A stretch of DNA of 64,000 nt from the human T2T-CHM13v2.0 reference genome, Homo sapiens. The stretch lies in the NCBI RefSeq assembly GCF_009914755.1, contig NC_060933.1; one strand, written 5' to 3'. Position 1 is the stretch's first letter; each line of letters begins with the position of its first letter. Under the pieces are notes generated by a model. The model was not told where the DNA came from, made no database searches, and saw only the letters and a list, made by a program, of their open reading frames with translations. The position numbers and the translations under genes are program-made. Below, piece after piece: positions 16,893 to 28,564 of the stretch.

Positions 16893-16924
<32 letters not shown>

Positions 16925-18720
16925 GTGTGTGTGTATATATATATATACACACACACACATACATACACACACACACACACCACTTTTTCTTTATTCACTT
17001 ATCTGTTGTACATTTAGGTTGCTTCCATACTTTCGCTATTCTCAATCATGATCATGCTTCAATGAACATGGGATTTCTAATATCTCATAAATATCCTGAT
17101 TTTTGTTCTTTAGGGTAAATACTCAGAAGTGGGATTGCTGGATAACATGATAGTTCTCTTTTTAATTTTTTGAAGCACTTCCACGTTGTTTTACATAGCA
17201 GCTGTATTTGGCATTTTCACCCAGAATGTACAAGGGTTTCAATTTTCAGTAGTCTCACCAGTACTTTTTTTTTTTTGATAGTAGCCATCCTGATAGGTGT
17301 GAGATAATATTTTATTTTTTTTGGATTTTCACTTCCCTCATAACTAGTTACTTTAAACAATTTTTATATACCTGTTGGCCGTTTCTGTATCTTCTTGACA
17401 GAAATGTCTATTCAAGTTATTGGCTAATTTTCTAATCAGGTGATTTACTTTGTTGTTATTGAGTTGTAGAAAAGTTCATTATATATTTTGGATATTAACA
17501 CCTTACCAGGTATATGGTTTGCAAATATTTTCTCCCATTCTTTGGGTTACCTTATCACTTTGTTAATTGTTTCCTTTGCTGTATAGAAGCTTTTTACTTT
17601 AATGCAGTCTGATTTGTTTATTTTTGTTTTCTTAACTTGGTCTTTTGTTGTCATATCCATGAAATCATTGCCAAACCAATGTCCTGAAGATTTTCCCCTG
17701 TGTTTTCTTAAGGAGTTTTACAGTTTCAGATCTTACATTTAAGTCTTTAATTCATTGAGTTGAGTTTTTTGTATGATATAAGGTAAGGGTCCAATTTCAT
17801 TCCTTTGCGTGTGGATATTCAGTTTTCCCAACCATTTGTTGAAGAGACTGTTCTATCCCCATTGTGTATTCTTGGCATGCTTGTTAAAGATTAGTTGACC
17901 TATGTATGTGGGTTTATTTCTGGGCTCTGTAATCTGTTCCATTACTCTATAGGACTGTCTGTCATTATGCTAGTACCACTATATTTATTATTGTTATTTT
18001 AAAATATATTTTGAAACCTAGAAGAGTAATATCTGGAGCATTGTTCATCTTTCTCAAGATTTATTTCACTATTCATGGTCTTTTGTGGCTCTTTATTACT
18101 TGTAAAATTGTTTTTCTAATTTTGTAAGAAATGCCATTGCACTTGATTAGGTATTCCATTGAATCTATAGATCACATTGGGTATTACGGACATGTTAACA
18201 ATATTAAGTCTTCAAGTTCATGAACATAAGATGTCTTTTTATTTGTTTGTGTCTTGATTTCTTTCATCAATGTTTTATAGCTTTCCACATACATCTTTAC
18301 CCTCTTTGGTTAATTTTATTTCCAAGTATTTTATTCTTTGCTGTTGTTTTTTGGATTGTTTCCAAATTTTCTTTTCAGATACCATATTGTTAGCATATAA
18401 GAAAACAACGATTTTGGTATGTTGATTTTTATCTTCTAATTTTACTGAATTAATTTATTAGTTCTAACAGTTATTTTATGGAATTGTTATATTTTTCTAT
18501 GTATAAGATCATGTCATCTGTGAATAGGGACATTTTTGTTTCTTTTTTCTAACTTAGATGACTTTTATTTCTTTTTCTTGCTTAATTGCTCTGGTTAGGG
18601 CTTCCAGTACTACGTTGAGTAGAAGTGGTGAGAGTCAGCATTCTTACATTGTTTCTGATCTTAAGGGAAACCATTTCAGATTTTCTTTATTGAGTGGAAT
18701 GTTTGCTGTGGTCTTTTCAG
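16500..18720 (-). mobile_element. L1MA9/L1MA10-like LINE-1 3' fragment
   Basis: TTTTAAGTGTACAATACA..CAGCAGATCTCTAGAGCTTATT 3' end followed by degenerate ORF2. Confidence 0.8.
16878..16980. repeat. Compound (TG)n(TA)n(CA)n microsatellite containing a perfect 80-bp palindrome (16901-16980)
   Basis: Base-by-base reverse-complement check. Confidence 0.97.
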
Positions 18721-18721
18721 T

Positions 18722-21700
18722 TTTCAAAAATAGATTATATTTTTAGAGAAGTTTCAGTCCACAGCAAAATTGAGCAGAAGGTACAGAGTTTTCCTACGTG
18801 TGTATTCTGCCTCCTCACTTGAATAGCCATCTACATTTTTAAAATCCCCCACCAGAATGATACATTTGTTATAATTGATACATCCGCATTTACACATCAT
18901 TACCACCCAAAGTCCATAATTTTCCTTAGGGTTCACTCTTGTTTATGCACATTCTATGGGTTTGGAAAATCTTACAGTGATATATATATATACACCATTA
19001 TAGTGTCATACAGAATAATCTCACTGCCCTAAAGTATTCTCTGTGCTCCTCACATTCATCCACCCCATCCCTCCTCTCTAATGCCTGGAAAATAATTCAT
19101 TTTTTTCTTATTGTGTCTATAGGTTTGCCTTTTCTATAATGTCCTGTAGGTGGAATCATACAATATGTAGCCTTTTCAGACTGGCTTATTTCACTTATAA
19201 TATGCATTTGCATTTCTTCCATATCTTTTCATGGCTTGACAGCTCATTTCTATTTAGTTAGTGGTCGATAATATTCTGTTGTCTGGATATACCACAGTTT
19301 TATTATCTATTCATCTACCGAAGGACACTTTTATTGCTTCCAAGTTTTATAATTATGCATAAAGCTGCTATAAACATACTTGTGCAAGTTTTTATATGGA
19401 CATTCATTTTTAGTTCATTTTCATAAATATTAAGGAATGTGATTACTATATCATATAATATATATATGTATATATGTATGTATTTGTATATATGTATATA
19501 TGTGTGTTTGTATGTGTATATATATATAGGTAAGAAACTGCTAAACTGTCTTCCAAAGTGGCTGTTCTATTTTGCATTCCCACCAGCAATGAATGAGAGC
19601 TCCTGTTGCTTCACAACCTTGCCAGCATTTAGTGTTGTAAGTGTTCTGGACTTTAGCCTGACTAATGGCATAAAGTGGTATTACCTTAGTGTTTTAATTT
19701 GTTTTTCCTGATGATATTTGATGTAGAACATATTTGCATATGCTTATTTGCCATCTGTATAACTCGTTTGGTGAAGTGTCTGTTCATGACTTTTGTATAT
19801 TTTTTAATTGGGTTGTTCTTTTTCTTATTACTGACTTTTAGGAGTTATTTTTGTATTTTGGATAATATTTCTTTGTCAGACATGTATTTTGTGAATATAT
19901 TCTCCCATCTGTACCTTGTCTTTTCATTTTCTCAATCAAATCTTTTACAAAACAGAAATTTTTTAATTTTAACAAAGTTCAGTTTTTCAATCTTTTCCTT
20001 CATGGCTTGTGGCTTTGCTGTTATATCCAAAAGGTAATCACCAAACCTAAAGTTATCTAGATTTTCTTCTATGTTTTCCTCCAGAAGTTTTATAGTTTTG
20101 CATTTTACATTTAGGCCTGTGATCCATTTCAAGTTAATTTTTGTGAACTGTGTAAAGTCTAGATTCCTTTCTTTTTGTACATGGAGGTTGAGTTGTCCAA
20201 ACACCATTTGTTGAAAAGACTGTTTTCTCCATTCTATTTTTTTTTCTCTATTGCCATTGCAAAATGGTCTTCCAAAGTGACTGTACCATTTTGTATTCCC
20301 ACCAGCAATGAATTAGAGTATCTGTTAAAGTTCAGTTAACTATATTTTTGTGTGACTAATTCTGAGATCTCCATTCTGTTCCATTGATCTATCTGACTAC
20401 TTTTATCACCGTTACTACACTGTTTTGATTACTGTTGCTTTGTCATAAATCCTGAGGCCACTAGTGTCAGTCCTCTCACTCTGTTTTTCTCCTACAGTAT
20501 TGTGTTGGATATTCTGGATATCCAATTAAATTTAATTGTGGATAACACAATTAAATTTAAATTGTGTTTTATTGTCCAGAGTGTGTTTTCTCCTGGAGAA
20601 TGTTCCATTCAAGCTTGAGAAGAATGTGTATTCTGCTATCCTTAAATAAGGTAATATATAGATGTCCTTTATATCCAGTTGACTCATTAATATTTTTGAG
20701 CTCCACTGCATCCTTGCTTAGTTTCTGTTTGTTGAATCTGTCCATTTCCAATAAAGAAGTGTTGAAGTCCTCACCTATAATAGTAGATTCATGTATTTCT
20801 GCTTGCAGTCCTACCACTTTTTATCTCATGTATTTCGATGCTCTGTTATTAGGTGCATACATATTAAGGATTTTTAAATATTTTTGAAGGATGGAACCCT
20901 TTATCCATAATCACTTTCTTGTTCTGAAGTCTATTTTAATTTAATATCTTTAGATTAGTGTTAGCATAGTGTATCTTTCTCCATCACTTTACTTTTAATC
21001 TATATGTTTCTTTATATTTAAAGTGTGTTTCTTATCGACAACATACAGTTGAATCTTGTTCTGGATCCACTCTGACAATGTCTGACTTTTGATTGGTGCA
21101 TTTAGACCCTTGATATTCAAAGTAATTATTGATACAGCTGGATTAATATTTACATATTTGTTTCTGTTTTCTGCTTGCTCTTCTGTTCTTTATTCCCATT
21201 TTTTTCTTTCCTTCTGTGTTCTGGCTTTTGTTATTTTAATTGAACATTTTATGTGATTCAGTTTTCTCTGCTTTCTTAGCATATCAGTTATTTTGCATAT
21301 TAGCATATACAGTTTTTTAAAAAAATTTTAGCATTTTCCCTACAGTTTGCAGTATACCATTAAAATTACTCTAAGTCTACTTTCAAGTAACACTGTACCT
21401 CACATTATGGGTACTGCAGGATCTTTATAATAACCAAATAATATTAATTTCTTCCTCTTTGCATTATTGATGTTATTCATTTCACTTATAAATAAGCATA
21501 TATGTGTGTATGATAAGTATACATAATAAAATACATTGTCGCTATTATTATGAACAAACTTTTATGTCTTAGATCAATTAAAAATTAAAAAAATTAATAT
21601 TTTTTATTTTACCTTCTCTTATCTCTTCTCTGAGGCTCTTCATTTCTTTCTGTAGATCTGAGTTTCTAATCAATATCATTTCCTTCTCTTTAAAGAACTC

Positions 21701-22843
21701 ATTTAAACTTTCTTGCAAGGCAGTTCAACTGGCAATAAACTCCCTCACTTTGTTTGTCTGCAAGTCTTTATTTCTGTTTCACTTTTGAGGGACAATTTCA
21801 CAGGGTACAGAATTCCACGTTGGTAGTTGTTCGTCTTAATACATTTATTTTTACTCCATTATCTTCTTGTTTGCATGGCTTCTGAGCAGAAGTCAGATCT
21901 AGTTCTTACTGTTGCTTTAATGCTGGGTAAGGTGTATTTCTTACCTGGCTTCTTTCAGAATTTTTTATCTATAATTTTCTAGAGTTTGAAAATAATGTGC
22001 CTAGGAATAGTTTTGTCTTGGTTTGCTTCTTGACATTTACCCTGCTTGGAGTTTTCTCAGTTTTCTGGATCTGTGGTTTGATATCTGACATTAATTTAGG
22101 GACATTTTTAGTCATTATTCTTTCAAATATTTATTCTGTTCCTTTTGCTTTTCTTTTTCTTCTGGTATTCCCATTGGCATTAAGTTAAACCTTTATAGAT
22201 GTTCACACATCTTGAATAATCTGTTCTGGGTTTTTTTTCCAGTCTTTTTTCTCTTACCTTCTGGATTTGGAAGGTTCTATTGAAATATTTTTTATCTCAA
22301 AGAAAGATTTTTTTTTCTTAGCCATAACAAGTATCCCAATAAACCCATCAAATTCATTCTTCATTTCTGTTACAGTGTTTTGGATTTCTAGCATTACTTT
22401 TTGGTTCTTTCTTAGAATTTCCATCTCTCTGTATGTATTGCCCATATGTTCTCCCATGCTGTAAACCTTATTCATAAGAGTTACCAGCATATTAATTATA
22501 GTAATTTTAAAGTTCCAGACTGATAATCCCAACATTTCTTTCATATCTGCATCTGGTTCTGATATTTACTCTGTCTCTTCAAACTGTAATTTTTGCCTCC
22601 GAGTATGCCAAAATTATCCTGATGTACTGCTCTATGCACCATGACTGGAGGCCTAAGGCAGCAATCTAGGGCAATTACAAGGCATACCTTGTTTGTTTCT
22701 CTTAACTCAGGGATCAGTGTACTTTACTGTCTCATGTCCAATCCGTTGTTAACAACTGTTTCATACATATTTTGTTTTTTGGTTGCTTTGAGTGAGAGGG
22801 TAAAGTTAGTTTCTGTTACACCATTCTGGTCAGAAGCTAAGTG
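18722..22843 (-). mobile_element. L1MC1/L1MC2-like LINE-1 with large internal ORF2 deletion
   Basis: CACAGCAAAATTGAGCAGAAGGTACAGAG 3' end; ORF2 peptides (INLKWITGLNVKCKTIKLLEEN; TIIGEDFNTSL) and ORF1 N-terminal peptide (REMEILRKNQKVMLEIQNTVTEMKN). Confidence 0.85.
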
Positions 22844-23249
22844 AGGTTCTTCAAATTGTGATTTTTATTATTTTCATACTTGGAAATATTTGGTCAATTT
22901 TCAAATTTTTCTGGAAATTTATTGCCTCTATTATTATTTTGTTCTGCTTGACATCCTCCAGTATTTTTAAAACACATCAAACACAATTGCTTTTATATTC
23001 TGGCTATAAAAATATTTTATTTTCCTGACACTTGTTTATTCTATCTCTAGAGTTCTTCTGTTGTGACATTTTCATTGGAAACCAAATTTCTTTTAACTTA
23101 ATCTGCGTATTTGGATATTTGATATTTGGGAAGATTTTCAGTTTCTCTAGAAAGAATTTTTATAGCAACCGTTTCATTTTGTAGGAAGTGCTTTACAAAT
23201 TTCATATTCATCGTTCACCACATATCCCCTTGTCCCAACCAAGTTCATC

Positions 23250-23680
23250 TACAGTTACACATAAACACAGTTTCTAGAAGCTGGATGTTTCCCAACTAAT
23301 GTACCTGAGTACCTCTTCTTCTCTGGCTGAAGCCTTTCTTCAACACTATAGGAGCTGGCTGGCCCTCAGGCAGGCAAACCCAGTAATGCGAGAAAGTTAA
23401 TATTCCAGAGCAATCCTCAGTGGGGGTGGGAGTCAATGCATTAATTACACACCATTCTTTTCTTCAATTAAGATAATAATGAAGCATGTTCCAAAGAATT
23501 TCTTGGGTTACTACTGTAATTGAGCAGCAGTTGCTCACAATTGCTTGTTAATGACCCCTTATTTTTTTTATGGCTTTTTCTCTTCCCTGCTTCATTTTTC
23601 TCTTTTCATCACTTGTCCTTCCAAGATTATCTCCCAATTAAACTACTTGCACCTACTTTTTTTATTCTTAGTCTTAATTT
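23250..23680 (+). mobile_element. ERVL solo LTR relic (LTR16-like)
   Basis: CTGGCTGAAGCCTTTCT, GAGCAGCAGTTGCTCACA and CTCCCAATTAAACTACTTGCAC motifs. Confidence 0.6.
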
Positions 23681-23693
23681 CTGTATTTATTGG

Positions 23694-24109
23694 TATATTA
23701 ATCAGTGTTCTCCTAAAACACAGAACAGTTGCTATATATATATATATGTCATATCTATATATAGTGACCCAGGAGAGCCAATGATGCAGTTCTAACCTGA
23801 GTACTACGCTCTGAGAACCAGGAGATATGAGAAATTCCAGTCTGAGTGCAGAAAAATAGTGATGTCCTAGCTGGGAAATAGGCAGAGAGAACAAATTCCT
23901 TCTTACTAAGCCTTTTGTTCTGTTTAGGCCTCCAACAGATTGGGTGAGCCCTACACCATCCACATTGGTTGATACACCTATTTTACTCAGTCTACTGATT
24001 CAAATGTTAATGTCATTTAGGAACAACCTTACAGACACACCGAAAATAATGTTTAAACAAATATTTGACACTGTGACTCAGGCAAGTTGAAACATAAAAT
24101 TAGCCATCA
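23694..24109 (-). mobile_element. ERVL solo LTR (MLT2-like)
   Basis: Terminal CAAGTTGAAACATAAAATTAGCCATCA and TACTCAGTCTACTGATTCAAATGTTAAT motifs. Confidence 0.85.
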
Positions 24110-24381
24110 GAATTGAGAAACTACCCTATGACCTTTTTCCCCATGGTTATTAGAAAGGGAACTTACTGCACCTAAACAATAAGGGGTTAGACTGCAGATA
24201 TCCCTTATTTAATAAAAGTCCTTCTGTTAAACTGCCTCACTTGAATGAAACTAGACCTTGTTGTTTATCTCCCAAGTCCTATAAGAAGCTGAAAATTGAA
24301 GATAAGCTTAACTGTAATCTCAAGAAAAGGGCCAACTTTATGACAGAGTTTTTCTTTCTGGATTCCTGTCTTGGCTTAGTG

Positions 24382-24428
24382 GTGTGTGTGTGTGTGTGTG
24401 TGTGTGTCTCTGTGTGTGTGTGTGTGTG
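24382..24428. repeat. (TG)n microsatellite
   Basis: Direct reading. Confidence 0.95.
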
Positions 24429-25412
24429 CTTTAGTCATCTTTTTATTCTTGCCAACTCAGAATTTCGTTTAAGAAAATACGTATGTGTTTGTTTCTGCTA
24501 TATTTCAGTATGTGCATGTCTGTGTGTGCTTGTATGTGTGTAAACATATACATGGTTTACATACATAATCCAATAGGAGGGGGGTCAGCAGTGTATCTGG
24601 TGTGTCATACTGATGGACATGGCTGAGCACAGCTTTTTCATATTACATAGAATAATATTTTTAAAAATTATTTTTCTATATGCCAGCTTCAATTTTTATT
24701 TTAATTCACGTGATATATACTATATTGAATTTTTAAACATTAAATTGTAGACAAGAGCTAAGTCTTTCTCCAGAACTCATAGTAATGTTTTCCCAAGGAT
24801 TTACATATATATGATCTTTATGGTAGATATCCTGTAGCGATTGTATTAACTCTCAGTTCCTGTTGTTACTCTATCATGCAGAAAAGTTCTACTTGGAACT
24901 TATTGGAGTAGTGAGTTGAAATTCACCATGCAACAACTTTTAGGAACCTAGAAATGTGCAAAATTGGCCAGTTTTTATGATATAAATATGTGCTAATGTG
25001 CAATTTATTTGTACTGTATTAATTTTTTGGAAATATTTTATACCTATTGTTGGATCTATTTTATGAAATGTAAAATGTATATAAACATGTCTCTTCAAAA
25101 AATGCTGGTCAAATTTTCGCTTTTTATTTTACCTATTACTTTAAGGTCAGCTTTCCCTAATGTACGTAGGATATCACTGGAGTGGTTTATAATTACTTGA
25201 AAATTTGTCAGAATATCCTGGCCCCAAAGTGAAAATCTACTTTGATCAGTAATGAAATATTGATGTGTTTTGTGTCATAACAAAAGTGAAATTTCTGATC
25301 CAAAAGTGAAAATCCACTTTGTGCAATAAGAAAATGTTGGCCTCATAGAGACGAATGATAAAAGTGGTTTTGTTTATTTTTGTTTGTTTTAAAAATTAGA
25401 CATCCCTGTAAA

Positions 25413-25526
25413 TAGGGTCACCATACAATTTATTCTCTAAACCAGGCCACTTCTGATAGTGAAAGGGAATATTATTATTTACTCTGAGGCAATGGGAAAA
25501 CACAGGGATTGATAGTATCTCCACTA
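25413..25526. mobile_element. hAT-Blackjack MITE (MER94-like)
   Basis: TAGGGTCACCATACAATTTATT..AAACCAGGCCACTT..AGTGAAAGGG. Confidence 0.7.
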
Positions 25527-25739
25527 TAAAGAATATTTGTTCGTAGTATTGCAAAGAAGAATGTTCAAGATTCTGAACCAGTTATGACAATATACATACC
25601 AAAAAAATGCTTATCTGAGGATTCCTAGACCTTTCCAAGGAACTTGGAGCGTGCACCATTTATATTTGATTTTCAATGCTGGGAACATTTTTTATAGGTG
25701 ACTCTTCAATTCAAACAACCAGTAAAAATACTACTTAGG

Positions 25740-26900
25740 CATGGCTCAGGGCTATAATGCAATGTTCTCTCCTGAGGTTCCTGCGGAGAAACAAAAGAGT
25801 CTATTGTTGTTCAAAACCACTGTGTTGTTTAATATCCCCAAACAGCCCTCACTTTGTTTTCCCTTGAAAAATGGTAGAAATTTTTTGAAAATTGGTTTTT
25901 ATCCTCAAAGACTACCCCCTCTTAAAAGTGTCTTTAATAAATTATCAAAGATCTCCCCTGCAGTTTCTTTAGGATATATTGGGTTTTTCCCACCATGATT
26001 ATTTTAGTTGAGAGTTTTACGTTTCAAAGAGAGCATGCAGAAGCGATAGCAAAAATGTATGAGTTATTCAGTTTTCTTCTTGTACATCTTTGCATTTCAT
26101 ATGAGCAGAATGGGATTTTAATAACGTGGGATATGTTTTGTTGTTGTTGTTTTGTAAGGCAGGGTTTTGGGGGAAGAGAAGAGACAGGATTGTTTAATTG
26201 GAAATAAAAATTCATTTTGTTTTAATTAAAAAACCTAATTAAGTTCCCTAGGAATCATAATTTACACTGCTGATTGCAGCTTTTATTGCCATATTTTAGC
26301 CCTGTATTCCTTTTTGTGATCTAGTGATTTATTGCTGAAAATAGATTTGGAAGAAAGAGAGAGGAGGGCAAAATTATGCAGCATTAGATTCACTAGTTAC
26401 AATTTAAAATTCAGTGCTGATGTTCAAACCGTAAGTTATCTCCCTGATATTATCAGGGAGTGTCATTTGAGTGATGCACTTTATTGGGCTAGTTTACTAT
26501 ATATCAGTAGATTAGGTTCTCCCCCTTTCTCACTGATATATTTAAAGCCATAAGATTGTAATTAATAGAAGCAGCAAAATGAGCCTTCAGCAAATTAATT
26601 ATAATTATGCATGCTATGCATATGAATAATAATCTGGTTGATAAATTTATAATGGTGGAAACTATTATGTGGATTAAATGATAAAGGCAGTTTTAGTTGG
26701 AAATTGGGAAAAATACATACCTTAAAGATTCTTGCAAGCTGTCTTTCAGACTAATTTGGCTCCCAGCTGTGGTTCAAGTTTTGATATGAAGCTATTTATT
26801 TTGAGTGCAATTGTCATAAACACTCAGTCAGAGATGTTATGTGGAATCATTGTATGATTTTTGATCAGTGAACTGTTCCCAAATACAATATTATGCTTTT
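25740..26900. promoter_or_regulatory. Candidate conserved non-coding element / developmental enhancer
   Basis: Repeat-free block with SOX-like sites (25790-25808, 25852-25858), PBX-HOX TGATTTAT (26325-26332), multiple TAATTA and MORE-like ATGCATATGAAT (26616-26627); conservation not verifiable here. Confidence 0.4.
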
Positions 26901-27624
26901 GGAATTATTTGCTTTACAATAATTTGCCAAAAACATTAAACTAGATTTCAAAAATCCTTTTATACATTAGGTATAGTTTGTAATAAAGTAACCAAACATT
27001 TATTTGCACTAAATTTTAATGATAACATGGTGGCATAAAGGCATGAGGTAAAATTCTTTGTATTTCCTGCTAGAGATCTTTTGTATATGGTTGAGTCAAT
27101 CCCTCAATCCATTTTTATGACAGAATTTGCATAACATTAAAATAAGAAAATACTTCTAGGGAGTTGGATGTCTGTTGTCTTCCTCATTAATATGTTAGAT
27201 ATATTTTGTAAAAAAAAGGTCATATTTATTGAGACATTGAGTGCCTTAAACATCCTTCTTACATCATCTCCACAATGGGTTCTGAAGCTGACCAATGGAG
27301 ATGACTAAATTATAATGTAGCCTTCACCTGATATTTCTATCTGGGTCAACAGGAGAAACTAGTTGCCAGAGAAGTAAGCTATAACAGAATCCACTAATGA
27401 GAACTGAGATCTAATCCCAGGAAGGGATTTTAAATGAATACTACATTTAGAGACCAAAGTCAGGATCAGAGTGGTCTGAGAGACAAGAATCAAGAGTTTG
27501 AAAAATGCTACCAAGTAATATTAAGGAGAAGTGAGTGTGTATGTGTTTCTGTAAGTGTGTGGGAGCTGAGTCTTGAGTGGTCATAGAGTTAATTCCTCAT
27601 TAATCACCTTAAAACCAGTTTTAC

Positions 27625-27786
27625 AGTACTGTTTTCCTAACTTGGTTGCATATGATAATCACTTGGGGAAGTTATAAAATTGTTAATGCAAGACCAAATT
27701 TATCAATATCTCTGAGCAGGAGTGCAGATAGAGGTATTTTTGAAAAATCAGGTATTTTTAATTGAGGCAAAAATAGAGAAATCATG
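27625..27786. mobile_element. MER5-type hAT-Charlie MITE relic
   Basis: AACTTGGTTGCATATGATAATCACTTGGGGAAG motif. Confidence 0.55.
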
Positions 27787-28332
27787 CATTATGAGTGATG
27801 GTGATATGCCATTAGAGATGTTTGGAGAAAGAACTAGTACTGGGGTAGACCCCAAATTGCACAGGACTTAAAAATGAACATCCTGCCTCCTTATTTTCTT
27901 GCCTTTAGTTATATATTGCCATGAGCCTAGGGAAGGGAAGGGTTGCTGTATGTATCCAGATGAGTCATGAATAAAGGAAACTACATGCTGCTATTATCAA
28001 TAAATATTTCTATAAACTGATTTTTTTTACTTGACATATCACACATCTTTCCTTTCCACTTGGTAGAGCATAGGTGGGCCATAAAGATTATGGAAGGAAA
28101 CAGTTAAGTTGTTCTGATGAGTGATAAAGTCTATGTTTTCATATACAGTTAATGAAAAAACTAAAGCAATCTCAAACCAAAATGATCATATGCCTATATG
28201 GATATGTCCTGAGTGATTTGCCCACATAATCTCCATCATGGTCCTGTGTGGGAGTAGTTTGTATCTTTTCTTCATCTTTATAATTATTGGTATATACGTT
28301 TTAGAGGAAAAAGCATAAATATTTGTTTTAAA

Positions 28333-28564
28333 AATTATATATATATATGTATTTTTATTATACTTTAAGTTTTAGGGTACATGGGCACAACACGCAGGTT
28401 AGTTACATATGTATATATGTGCCATGTTGGTGTGCTGCACCCAGTAACTCATCATTTAACATTAGGTATATCTCCAAATGCTATCCCTCCCCACACCCCC
28501 GACCCTACAACAGGCCCCGGTGTGTGATGTTCTCGTTCCTGTGTCCATGTGTTCTCATTGTTCA
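28333..28564 (-). mobile_element. Short 5'-truncated L1PA3/4-like 3' end
   Basis: L1 3'UTR with (TA)n-degraded tail; short TSD GTTTT(AAA) at 28325 and 28565. Confidence 0.92.
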
